Shown here in pieces: positions 23,585-36,149 of a stretch of DNA of 64,000 nucleotides. The DNA comes from Lama guanicoe (taxonomy: Eukaryota), in assembly GCA_013239625.1 (NCBI GenBank), contig MU054187.1, forward strand, positions 11,855,893-11,919,892, given 5' to 3'. Within the stretch, counting starts at the first letter, position 1, and each line of letters opens with the position of its first letter. The notes beneath the pieces were generated by a model. It worked only from the letters and a program-made list of their open reading frames with translations. It did not search any database and was not told where the DNA came from. The position numbers were made by a program, and so were the translations under genes.

Positions 23585-26500
23585 ATATATCCAGCATAAA
23601 ATTTGCCAGTTCAACCAGTTTTAAGTATACAGTTAAGGGAATTTGCACACTAACCCCACTATTTCTAGACCCTTTTCACCACTCCAAATTAGGAAGGTAT
23701 CCCTTAAGAAATAATTCCCCATTCTTCCCTCTACCAATCCCTGGCAACCTTTAAATCTGCTTTCCGTCTCTGTGAATTTGACAACCCTAGGTACGTCTTA
23801 TAAGTGAAACCACTCAAAATTTGATTTTCTGTGTGTCTGACTGACTTCACTTTGCACTGTGTTTCCAGGGTTCGTCCATGTTGTAGCATGTGTCAGAACT
23901 TCATTTCCTTTTGTGGTTGAGTAATATTTCATTGTATGTATATACCACATTCTGTTTATCCAATCATCTATTATGGACATTTGGGTTGTTTGTACCTTTC
24001 AGCTCTCATGAATAACATTGCTGTCAACATTGGTTTACGAATCTGTTTCAGTTCCTGTCTTCAAAACTAGGAGTGGAATTGCAGGGTTGTTATGTAGTTC
24101 TTTAACTTTTGGGAGGACTACTAACGTGTTTTATATACTGGCTGCACCGTTTTAACATTTCTTTCAGCAATGTATGAGGGTTCCAGTTTCTCCACATCCT
24201 CACCAACATTTGTTTCTTTTCTCTTCTTTCCCTTTCCTCTTCTCTTTTCTTTCTTTCCTTTCTTTTCTCCCTCCCTTCCTCTCTCTCCCCTCTACACCTC
24301 TCCCTCCATCTCCCTCTCCTTCTTTCCTTCCCTCCCTCCCTTCTTTCTCTCCTCCCTCCCTCAGTGACATTAAGCCTCTTTTCATGTGCTTTCTGCCACT
24401 TATCTCTCCTTTCTGAGGACATGTCAATTCAAGTCCTTTGCCCATTTAAAAACTTCTAATATTGAGTTGTAGGAGGTCTTTATGTATTATAGACAGTAAA
24501 CTTCTATCAGATACGTGATTTGCAAATATTTCATCCTATTCTGTGGGTTGTCTTTTTGGTCGCTTGATAGAATTCTGTGATGCATGAAAGTTTTAAAGTT
24601 TAATGAAGTTTATTGTATGTTTTGTTTCTTTCGTTGTCTGTGCATTTGGTGTCATACTTACACTTCTTGTAGGAAACTATTACTAAATCCAGAGTCATAA
24701 AGATAAGACCCTATGTTTCTTTCTAAGAGGTTTATAGTTTTAACTCCTCAGTTTAGGTCCTTGAACCACTTTGAGTTAATTTCCGTACATGGTATAATGT
24801 AAGGTATAATGTATAATTTTACTTTTACATGTGTACCCAGTTTTCCCAACGCTATTTATTGAAAAGATTGTCCTTTCGCCATTGAATGGTCTTGGCATCT
24901 TTTCTGAAAATCAACTGACCATAAATGGAAGAGTTTTTTTTCCCTGGGCTTTCCTTTCTACCCCGTTGGTCAGTTGCCTGTGTTTACGCAAGTACCTCAT
25001 CACACATTGTGATTATGATAGCTTTTGTAGAGGACTATGTGACTCCTCCAAAGTTATTATTTTTCAAGATTGTTTGACAATAGTCTGTTGGAAGTGAATA
25101 TGAATTTTGGGATGAATTTTTCTACTTTGTAGAAACAATATTTTGATAGGAGTTGCATTGAATCTGTATATCACTAAAATTGTCAAGGTATGGCTTTTCA
25201 TTTACTTAGGTCTTTAATTTCTTTCAGCAGTGTTTTGTGATTTCAGTGTATAAGGCTTGTATGTTCTTGTTTAAATTTATTCCTAAGGTTCTATTTTTCA
25301 TTTACTAAATCAAATTATTTTAAAAAATTTTCTTTTTGGAATGTTTGTTGCTAGTGTGTAGGAATATACACTGCATATATACACTACATATTTTCAGCAC
25401 ATTTTGTGTATAGAATTTTTATTCAGCAACTTTGCTGAATTAATTAGCTCTGACAGGTTTTCTTTTGGTAGAGTCTTTGGGGCTTTCTACATAAAAGATC
25501 ATTTGTCTGTGAAGTGAGATAGTTTTACTTCTTCCTTTCCATTTGGATGCCTTATATTTCTTTTTCCTGCCTTACTGCTTCAGCTTGATCTTCCAGCACT
25601 AGGGTGAATACAAGGGGCAATGGTGGGCATCCTTATCTTGTTCCTAAACTTAGGGGGGAAGCTGTCAGTCTTTAAGCACGGAGTATAATGTTAGCTGTGG
25701 GGTTTTCATATCTGATAGCCTTCAGTATTTTGAGGAAATTCTTTTCTAGTCCTAATTTGTAATATTCTCTTATCTTATGTAGGAGATCTGTGGGATCTGC
25801 AGAGCTATCTCCTTTCGAAGGCTAATAACTTTATTTTAACATCTATACTTTATATTTTTTGATCAGCCTGCCATGAGTTTATCAATTTTATTAGTCTTTT
25901 CAAAGTATCAGCTTTTGACTCTGAATTGCTGCCTCTCGTATCATTATCATTCCTTTCTTTTTCTAATGGAATTTAGGTCTAGATTGACCCCCACACCCCT
26001 CCATCCTTGAATTCTTATTAGCTCATCAGTGTCTCACTTTTATCTTTTCTAATATATGAACTTAAATATTTAAATTTATCTAAAAGCAAAGCTTAAGCTA
26101 TATCCTGCAATACTGATATGTGATAATATCTCATTATCTTGCATTTGAAATTATTTTAGAAATTCCAGTGCAATTATTTTCTTGCATTCATTGATCTTCA
26201 AATTTTCAGATTTGTCAACATTTTCTACCTGTCTTTTTTACTGGTTTCTGCATCGCATTCAGATTATGTACCGATTGATCTTTGACATTTTTTGAAACTT
26301 GTGTATGATCTAAGACTCAGTGTATGATGGGGTTTTACACATGTTGTATGCATGCCTAGAAGAATGCCTCCTGCAGTTCTGTGGGGAAGTTAGTGTTTCC
26401 TTATTGTATCTTTTTCTACCCTGTTACCCTCACTTCTTCTGTAATCTTGTATTCTAATTATATTTCTGGGAGGTTATAAATAATTTGTTTTAATTCCAGT

Positions 26501-27350
26501 GTGATGATCTTTGTCTTTTATTTGGATCTTTTAGATATTTACATTTAAAACAATTACTGAAATAGTTGTATTTAAATTGATCAGCTTCTCAGTGATCTGT
26601 TTTCTGTTTTCCTTTCTCTATTTCATCTTCCTTTGGACTGGTAAGTTCTTCGTTATTTAGCAGCTCCCTCACCATCACACACTTACTGGCTTTGAAGTCA
26701 CACATACACATTTTTGCTATTAGTAGTTAGTCAAGATATTAAAATACCCATTTTTAACATATCAAAATCTAATATTATTTAATGTTTTTACTCTCCTCCT
26801 AAGCAATGTAAGGATATTGGATCCTCTTAACTTCATTTACCGTCATTCTGATAATCATGTTTGTTTATTATGTTTAAAAATTTTACACAGACACATTTTT
26901 ACCAATACAAATGATTGTTATTTTATGTACTCAATATTTGTTTAGATTTTTTTCACATCCTTAATATTGTAGTATTTCTCTGTTCCTTTCTGTATCTTCT
27001 ACTCCCATCTGTCATCATTTTTCTCCTGCCTAAAGAACAGCCCTTAATATTTTCTTTAATATGTCTCTGTGGTTATGAATTCTGATTTTGTGTGTCTTCA
27101 CTTCTGAAAAATATTTTTGCTGGGACTTTTTTTTCCAGCACTAGAAAAGTACTATACTGTGCCATTGTAATTTGGTTTATATTGTTTTTGCTCAAGTCAG
27201 CTGGACGTGTGCTTATTGTTCCATTAGCTCTTCAGTCTTTATGTTTCCCCTTAGTCTGCTTTTGAGCTATTCTTTTGTTTTTATCTTACACAAATTTTAC
27301 ACGTGCATACATTTTTTATATGTATCTTTCTTGGGGTTATTAGAGCTTTT
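23585..27350 (-). mobile_element. Older L1 in HERC2-derived intron, with CT-rich simple repeat at 24,215-24,363
   Basis: ORF 23798..23980(-) WINRMWYIHTMKYYS is L1 ORF2 C-terminus; antisense ORF2 motifs downstream. Confidence 0.75.
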
Positions 27351-27556
27351 AATTAATTACTTTTCCAGCTTTTTCTGAGCTGTAATTGACATGACATTGT
27401 GTAAGTCTAAAGTGATGTGATGCTTAAAAAGTGGTGTGATTATTTGTTACACATATAATTGCAAAATGATTATCACAATAAGGTTAATATTCTTTATTTC
27501 TTGGTTGTAAAGGTTTTGTCCCACCCCTTTAACACAGTTTGACCACCGTTCAATAG

Positions 27557-27747
27557 GACAGTTTGCAGTATCCTACGGCCGTTCCGGAAAACAATTGAAG
27601 CGTTGTCACAACAGTCAGCCAGGGATGCTGCCGGACAGCTGGTCGCAGATGGTGAAGAGCCTAAATGTGTCATCGTCCGTGAACCAGGCTTCTCGTCTCA
27701 TTGATGGCAGTGAGCCCAGCTGGCAGTCCTCCAGCTCACAAGGAAAG
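27557..27747 (+). pseudogene. HERC2: HERC2-derived exon (start of DOC/APC10 domain), frame open
   Basis: QFAVSYGRSGKQLKRCHNSQPGMLPDSWSQMVKSLNVSSSVNQASRLIDGSEPSWQSSSSQGK; aatag/G...AAG/gtgcgt. Confidence 0.93.
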
Positions 27748-28454
27748 GTGCGTGCCCTGAGGCCCTTCCACACACACTCTGATTGGGATGACTTTACCTT
27801 TTAGAGCTCCAACATGAACTTTGAAAAACTTAAGTTATACTCTGATGGTACCTGTCAGTTCTCATTTCATATTTTAGTTCATAATTATTTTAAAGTTACA
27901 GAGCAATATGCCATCCAGTCTTTACTGTCAGAAATTTTAAATACAGGTAACGAGTTTTATCTAATCAACCAAGTGACAGAGGGTGTAATAGGGTGTTTAG
28001 TTTTATATTGTTTTACTCCCACATATAAAATGTACAAGTTCAGATTTGGCTTCTGTTTAGAAGTTTTTCTAATACATCTTGACAAATATGTGATGATCTT
28101 TGGAAGGCTGTCGTAAGTGCACATCATCCAGACATGAAGGGTAGACCCGGGGAAAGGGGCTTTTTCTCCACCATGACTCTCATGTTTTCTATAATCCACT
28201 CTTTAATGGATATAAAGGGACCACCCTAGAATCAGGAGTCTGTAAACACATCATTTCTGGGGCTTAGAGGGAAACTTCCTTCTAATGAGCAAGTAATGGA
28301 ATAGAATATTCTTACTTCTGCCAGCTTAAAGGCAGAGTCTAACTCTCAAGCCAAATGATGTATTTTAAAAATCTTACTTTGATTTAAGCTTTAGTGATAC
28401 TATCTAATTAGCTAAAATATAGCTGAATTTTACTGAGAATGCTTTTTTTTTAAG

Positions 28455-28553
28455 CATTGGAGTCATTTGGAGACTATGTCCTTATTCATAGATTAAAAAT
28501 GACAGTAGATCCTGCTGACAGTAGCTCCATGCTTTCTCTGGTGGTTGTGTCAG
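28455..28553 (+). pseudogene. HERC2: HERC2-derived exon (DOC domain), ~7-bp deletion
   Basis: HWSHLET/VLIHRLKMTVDPADSSSMLSLVVVS vs [36 protein letters not shown]. Confidence 0.9.
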
Positions 28554-28641
28554 GTAATTGAATTCGTTTACTCAAAAAGTATCTTCTATCCTATAATAAA
28601 AACTCCTTAGTTTGATTCTTTTATCCTCCCTTTTTTTCTAG

Positions 28642-28733
28642 GTGGAAATTCCCTAAATAACCTAATTGAATTAAAGACAGTCAACATTAACCCCACCAAC
28701 ACCACAGTGTCCCTCCTGAACGACTGCACAGAG
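28642..28733 (+). pseudogene. HERC2: HERC2-derived exon (DOC domain)
   Basis: GNSLNNLIELKTVNINPTNTTVSLLNDCTE vs GNSLNNLIELKTININPSDTTVPLLNDCTE; an extra G precedes the gtaggt donor. Confidence 0.9.
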
Positions 28734-28804
28734 GGTAGGTATGTTAGATAGCATTCCTGTCTAATGTTAGATGGTTTGCAAGTGACAATGGAGATGACCT
28801 TCTT

Positions 28805-28943
28805 TTTTTATTTTTTTAATCGAGATATATAGTCAGTTAACAATGCTGTGTCAATTTCTGGTGCCGAGCACAATGCTTCAGTCATACATGAATTACATAT
28901 ATTCATTTTCATGTTCTTTTTCACCGTAAGCTACGACAAGATA
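28805..28943 (-). mobile_element. Short 5'-truncated L1 tail with TSD
   Basis: TSD gagatgaccttctt (28,791-28,804) / gagacgactttctt (28,944-28,957); body matches the recurrent L1 3' tail. Confidence 0.75.
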
Positions 28944-30139
28944 GAGACGACTTTCTTGGATCATTTCTGTACTAACATTGAGCCCTTTTTCCATTATAAT
29001 TAAATAATTGTGTTTATTTTAAAAATTGAGAGGTACACAATTTGAATTTACTGCTTATCAGGTCGGCTTGAAAAGAAAACAAAACAAATTTCTTCCTCAC
29101 TATCTTTAGTTAGAAGCCTGGGTAAAAAAGTTCATGGCAAAAGTTGTTGCACGGTCAGAAAATCTGATCATTGCTAGCAGTTAGATGATATAAAAAATAA
29201 TTGTTTTAGCTGTCATAATGGTACTGTGGGTATATTTTTAAAATGCCCATATGTCAGTGATACGTACTGAAAGTCTGAGACAGCATGCTGCCTGTAGTTT
29301 CTTAGGATATGTGAGCCCTGTGGGCCATACATTGATAATTGTCAAACTAGTTGATGGGGTTGTGGGACCCTTTGTACTATTTTCCCTAATTTGTACATAA
29401 TCCGGTATTTTTATTATGTTTTGAAATGTATGAAGGCTCTGTGGCTACCTGACATCTAATCTCTTTCTCTTAATACATCTTGGTTTAAGAAAATTTTGAG
29501 ACAAAAAGTTTGCAGTCATTCAGGAAGGCTGTCATACCGTTTCATGTTAGTAAGAGAATCACCGTGAGTCCCATGCCTTGGAGGGACATCCTTGGTGAAT
29601 CAGTGACTTCTTTTTTTTTTTTTCAATGACTTCTTTTGAAGGCATTTCCCTCTCATGTGGCTGCGTCAACCCTGCCTAAGATTTCCAGCACTTAAGAAAA
29701 GGGGCTCCAAGTTTCCGCACATTCCATGTCTCACACGTCCTGCTCTCCAGCACAATGATGTAAACATACTTAACGCCACTGAACTACACTCGTAAAAATG
29801 GTTATATGGTAAGTTTTATGTATATTTTATTACAATAAAAATTTTTTATTTAAAAACTAATAATAAAATACATAGCACAAAAGGCTGTAAAATATATACC
29901 GTACCATCTCCACAGGAAAACGCAATTAGGGACAAATAAAAAAGAAAAGTGCAAGGATGTGTATCATGTATATACTAACAGTGACATTTCAGATAGGAAA
30001 ATTAAACATCCTTATTTTCCCTTTTAAAAAATGTTTTTCTAAATACAGTGTGTTCCTACATTAACTATTTTCCTAAATTAAACTAAATTATAATTTTGGA
30101 ACACTCAACTAATATTTACCAAGTAGGCCTGTGGGCATA

Positions 30140-33100
30140 AATCTGTTCTCATTATTTTGAGATTCATCCACATTGCATCAAGATTTACATCTTTTCAACT
30201 GTTGAATAGTATTTTATTGATGAGTGTACTGCAGTCTGTTCCTCCATTTGCCAGTTGACGGACTCTTGGGTTGTTCCAATTTGGGGGCTATATAAATAAA
30301 ATTGCTATGAACATTTGTATACAGGTCTTAGATGGACATACACTTGCACTCCTCTAGGGTAAGGACCTAGGAGAGGAATGATTGGATCACACGGTAGATG
30401 CATGTTTATCTTCTAACGACACCTACAAACTGTTTTGCAAAGGACTTGTTCTAAAGCTCCTCCATATTTCTGTCTCTACTTGGTATGGCCAGTCTTTAAT
30501 TTTAGCCGTTCTTTATAGACGTGTAGTGGTATCTCATTGTGGTTTTACTTTGCATTTCCCTAACGACTAATGAAGTTGAGCATTTTGCTTATTTACCATC
30601 CAAATACGTTTTCTGATGAAGTGTCTGTTCGTATCTTTTGCATGTAATTAAACCTAGGTTTTTTTTTATTGAGTTTTGAACATTCTTTATGTATTCTTGG
30701 TGCAAGTCTTTCATCAGATACATGATTTGCATATATTTTCTCCCAGTGTGGCTTGTCTTTTCATTCTCTTAGTTTGAATTTTAAAGGGCAGAAAATTTCA
30801 ACTTTGATAAAGTCTAGTTGATCCATTTTTATTTTTTATGGGTCGTACTTTGGATATTGTGTCTAAACAACCTTTGCCTAACTCAAGATTATATGGATTC
30901 TTTTTCTGGGTTTTTCTATGAAAGTTCGATGCTTTTTGATATTTATGCATATGTTTGAGGTATGGGTTGAATTTTATTTATTTATTTTTGGTGTAGGGAT
31001 ATTCGGTTGTTTCAGCTGCATTTGTTTACAAAAACTATTGCTTCTCTAGTGAAAGAATTTGTACTTTTGTCAATAATCAGTTGTCATGTATGTGTGGATC
31101 TATTTCTGGAATCTCAGTTCTGTTTTCATTGATTTATTTTTGTGTTTTGATGCCAATACCATAGGGTCTTGATTACTGTAGCTTTATAGAAGACTGAATT
31201 GAGGCTTTGCTAATTCTTTAGCTTTGTTCTTTTTAAAATATGTTTTGGGTATTCTAGGCCCTTAGCATTTTCCATAGAACTTTTAGAATCAGCTTGTCAA
31301 TTTTTATAAAGTAGCCTACTTGAGATTTTGATTGCATTGGATATAGATCAGTTTGGGACAGCTTCACAGTATTGAATCTGCCAACCCATGAATGTAGTAT
31401 TTCTCCCCATTTGTTGAAATCTTTACTATTTCTCAGCAGTATTTTGCAGTGTCAGTATACAGGTATTTTATATCTTTTGTTTTATTCATTCCTAAGTATT
31501 TCATATTGCTTATCCTGTTATAAATGGTATTTTAAAAATTTATTTTATTCTTTGCTATTACCTAGAAATATTCCAGTTGTTCCTTGCTAGTGTCTAGAAA
31601 CAGAATTCTCTTTTTAAGGACATTTGGATTATTTCTAGTTTTTGGCTATTACAAATAAAACCTGCTATAGACATTCATGTACAGCATTTTGAGTCAGCCT
31701 TCCATATTTTAAATAGACCCCAGTTGTTTTTTTCTGCTTTTTTGTTTCCTTGATTTTTCTCTGTTGTTTATCTGTTTTCAGTTTATTGGTTTATATGCTC
31801 ATCTTTCTCTTTGCTTTATGTTTATTTTCTATTCTTTTTCTAGTTTTTTGAGGTGAGAGTTTAGATATTGATTTGAGACCTTTTTTTCTAATGTAAACGC
31901 TCAGTACTGTGAATTTCCCTCTCACTGCTGCTTTAGCTACATGTCTCCAGTTTGGGTATGTTATATTTTCTTTTTCATTCAGTTTTTTTTATTACGTTTT
32001 TCCAAAGAACAAGCTTATGGTTTCCTTGATTTTCTCCATTGTTCTTCTGTTTTCTGTTTCCCTGATCTCTGCTCTGTTTATTAATTCTTTTTGTCTAAGA
32101 AGCTTAAGTCATTGGCTTAGGATCTTCCTTCTTTTCTAAGTAGACATTTACCTTTCTTGATTAATTGACTGATTACCCTCTATATCCCTTTGCTGTGAAA
32201 TTTTTGCTTTAAAATCATATTTGTCTGATATTAATATAGATAATGTGATAAAACGTTCTTTTGATCAATGTTATGTAGTATTTAAACCATGGTATACCAT
32301 ATACCATGACAAACTATTGTGTATCTTTTCCATTCTTTTAATTTTAACCTATTTGTCTCTATCAGTATTTTGCTATTTGTTTTTTATTACTTCTAACTGT
32401 TCATTGTTCTTTCTTCTCTTTTTCTGCCTCTCTTTGAATTAGTTGTTCTTTATGATTATATTTTTTCTTTGTTTTCTTTGAGCTCTTAACTAACGTTATT
32501 TTAGTGATTGCTTTAGATGTATATTATGCGCATGTAACTTACCATAATGATATTATGCTACTTCATGTATACTAAATGAGTCATACACTAGTATATTTCT
32601 GTTTTTTTCCCTCCCCACCTTTGTGCTGTTGTTGTTACACATTTCTGTGTATGTTGTTAACTTGATAGTATTTTTTTTGCACATTAGGTTAAGAGAAGAA
32701 TGTCTCTATTTACTCAAGTGGTTATCTTTTCCAGTGCTCTTCATTCCTCTTTGGAGGCCTATGCTTCCACCTGGCATCATTTGCCTTCTCACTGAAGGAC
32801 TTCCTTTATTATGTCTTGTAGTTCAGATCTGGGTTCATCCTGTCTGCTTTTTATGCCTGAAGTAGTCATTTTGCTCTATGTTCTCAGTCTACTCTAGCTG
32901 GGTGTAAAGTTTGGGGTTGACATTGTTTTCACTGAGAATTTGCTGTCATTCTTCCTTTTGGTGTTCTGTACCTAACACGTGTTTTATCTCAGACTATGTT
33001 TTGGATTTTCTCTTGATTTTTCCTGGTTTTTATCTTCATGTTTTGTGTACTTGTTCATTATGCTTCTTGGATATTGGGTTTATAATATTCATCAAATTTG

Positions 33101-34310
33101 GAGATTTTTCAGTCATTTTTCCTTCAAAAACTTTTCCTGTACTTTTCTGTCTCCTCTTTTTTGGGAGATCTAGTTTCATTAGATCTCTTGAAGTTATCCC
33201 ACAAAACTGACAATTTGTTCATTTTTTAACTTTTTTTTTCTGTATTTCATTTTGGAGCATTTCTATGCTATATCTTCAAATAAACTAGTAATTTCTTCAT
33301 TTTCTAATATGCTGTTAATGTTACCAGACAGTTTTGGTCTCAGACATTGTAGCTTCCTCTCTAGAGTTTTTTTTTTAAAGAGGTAAAACTTGTTCACCTA
33401 TTAACTCTTTGTTTTTATTGACGTTTAGTCAAAAATTATTTTAAAAATTTGTTAATTTTTATTTTTTTCAATGGAGGTACTGGGAATTGAACCTGGGACC
33501 TTGTGCATTTTAAGCATGTGCTCTACCACTAAGTTACACCCATCTCCCTCATCCTCCTGTAGAAATTTGATTTGGGTGTACTATCTTCCATGTCTCTGGT
33601 TCTCTTCTTCAACATATGTAATACAGATACAGTGTTTTAATTTGCCTGCTGATTGTAACACCTGTGTCAGTTATGGATTGTTGAGATCTATTGATTTTTC
33701 TTATTTCTGAATCACAGATATTTTCCTGCCTTTCTGCCCACTTGATAACTTTTAGTTAGATGCTGTACATTGTAAATTTTACTCTGAATGTTTCTGGAGA
33801 TTTTTGTGTCTATAAACTTTCTTGAGCTTATATATAATTAAGTTATTCTGAAGTAGTTTCCCTTTGGATCTTGGTTTTGGACTTGTTAAGTGGATTCAGA
33901 CCTGATACTAGTCTGGGGCTCGTTGTTCCCAGCCACTGGGTATTTTACTCAGTGCCTGGTGAACTGTGAGGTCCTCTGATCTGGCTGATGGGAGCAGGCA
34001 CTATGCCAGGCTCTCTGTTCTCTCCCAACCGGTGTGCCGCAGCACAGCCTTTCCTGCAGTTCTTTCTTTGTCTTTGGGCAGTGCCCTTTCATGTAGGCGC
34101 CCATCAGTTTCTGTTGCATCCTCAGCTGGGTGAGAGGGGTACCTGCACATCTCCAGGGTGCTCTCTAGGCAACTCTCTCCTCTTGCGTCCTGTACTGTGA
34201 GCTTTGGCCACGTCGGGCTCCCCTCCTGTGTCCACTGAGACCACTGGGCTCCACCTGGTTCCTTCCCTCTGCTGAGGTCTGGGAACCCTGAGGGCAGTGA
34301 GCTGGAACAT
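30140..34310 (-). mobile_element. Old, fragmented L1 sequence
   Basis: Antisense L1 3' end, ORF2 and ORF1/5'-like T-rich motifs throughout. Confidence 0.65.
33367..33550 (-). mobile_element. tRNA-derived SINE (Vic-1-like) with AT-rich tail
   Basis: 'ggaggtactgggaattgaacctgggaccttgtgcatt...gctctaccactaagttacaccc' is the reverse complement of a tRNA-like A/B-box head. Confidence 0.8.
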
Positions 34311-35723
34311 GTGTCCGCTAGGACTGTGTATTGTGAGACTCTTGTCTTTTCACTATTGTTTTGGATTACTTTTTGTCTTGCATTTCAAAGATAGGTAAAC
34401 ACACAGATAGTTATTGTGGTAGTGTTTTCACAGCTTATGTATGTACAGCTAAGTTGTTGTAAGTGCATTCTGCAGTAGGGTTTTACATCTTTTTGCAGTT
34501 ATAGTGAACCTTTGCTGAAAGTAGCTTCTTTAGAGAAGTATAATTTTTTTTAAGTCTGAAAGACAATAATGGTCCTGATAGTAAATCTGTGAAATAGGAA
34601 AATGCACTCTGCAATGTGTTTTACAAATTACAGGAGGTCAAATTACAGAAATAGAACTGTAATCGTAAGAATTCAACCCAAACTTAACAGTAATAACAGT
34701 AAATTCTGAATTTTTTAATTTAGAAAAATTAGTAAAACTATTTTCTATTCTGTACTTTTCAGAAATAAATGGTTATTTTTGTCTTTTTTCTCATATCATA
34801 TTAGGTAACAAATAGATTAGCCTAGTAAGTAGTTTTATTAATGACAAAGTATGATCACTGCCATCTAGGCATTATTGTTGTAAATTCAAATGTTACTCTC
34901 TTTTTAAAAAGAAGTCCCAAATATTAGGTCAGTGTGGGACATAGGAGTAGCACCTTGCCACTGGCCAGGAAAGTTTGAAAACAATCCCAACTTTGTTTCT
35001 GTCTCCCCCTGAATCTGAGACGTTGACATCATTAAAGCTTAATGCACAGCCCACCACTGTGTTACTACTTTAATAATATATTCTCATTTTTTTTAAAAAT
35101 AGCAATCAGGGAGTTTATAGTTAGCAGTATTAGCCATTTCAATGTCGTGAATCACTAAAACTTTAAAATGCAATCAGAACATTACAGACTGTAGGGAGTA
35201 TGCGGTACTGGGGGCTGACCCTCAACATCTCCAGTCAAGAGACGCCTCTAGGTGTGTTCATATTTGCAGCTCTAGTTTTAGACAGTCTGCCACTGTTTGA
35301 CCTGGATGGCTTGGTCATTCCTCTCCATGTCTGCCCTCTCCTGTTTGACCCCCAGTAACTTCTAGGCTCTGGGTCATTTTTATCACCGTTCTGCTCCTTC
35401 GCTTGTTTGTTCTTGAGGCAGACTTTTCCTCAGGTTGTGTATCAAGAAAAAATCTTGTAATCAGGCTTTTTGTTTCATCAGTTGGTATGTGCTGGGTGTT
35501 TTGTGTGTGTCAGGTGCCTCCTGGCTACTTGTACCTAGATCTCTTCAAGCGTCTCTCTGAGTTCTGGGCTATCTTGATTATAAAGATGAGGAAGCCGAGC
35601 CCTGATTTAAAGTAGATTTCTCAGACTCCCAAATGCTCCATTCTGCCTCATCCCTGCAGAAAGGTCTGGATCAGAGTGGGCATCCTGATGTCTTCCTGCT
35701 TTGTCTCCCACTTCCTCCCACAG

Positions 35724-35878
35724 GTGTCTGATAATGTTGTTGGAGCTCTGTGTCACTGGGTTGGAGAATATAGCCACAGACTCACAGAGTGGCCACCTAT
35801 CCTCCCAGCCTGTGATGGTGGAGAGCAGCCATCCCTACACAGACGACACTACCTCCAGTGGCTCAGTGCGCAAAGCAG
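35724..35878 (+). pseudogene. HERC2: HERC2-derived exon from far downstream (after RLD2)
   Basis: VSD/MLLELCVTGLENIATDSQSGHLSSQPVMVESSHPYTDDTTSSGSVRKA vs ...MLLELCVTELEDVATDSQSGRLSSQPVVVESSHPYTDDTSTSGTVKIPG; ccacag/G...CAG/gtactc; probable 1-bp insertion. Confidence 0.9.
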
Positions 35879-36004
35879 GTACTCAGGGCTGGTCCCAGGG
35901 AGGAAATGGGGTGGGGGTGCTGCCTGTAGAATAGCTTCATTTTTTTGCCATCACATCAGTGGAAGCAACGAGCATTGTTTTATAGAAAAGCTGCAGAATT
36001 GCAC

Positions 36005-36145
36005 AATTCCCTCCTTGGGTATGATTAACTTGCTCTAGAGCACCTCGCAGAACTCAGAGAAACGTTTACTTAAGTTTACTGGTTTATTATAAAGTATAGG
36101 CAAAAGGATACAGATGAATAGTCAGATGAAGAGATACACAGGAGG
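36005..36145. mobile_element. MER21-like LTR fragment
   Basis: 'ccctccttgggtatgattaacttgctctagagc...agaactcagagaaacgtttactt...gtttactggtttattataaag...gatacagatgaa'. Confidence 0.6.
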
Positions 36146-36149
36146 GTGT

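Noticed and set aside
21009..35878. Functional HERC2 gene
   Set aside because: Multiple stops, frameshifts, a dead donor and many missing exons.
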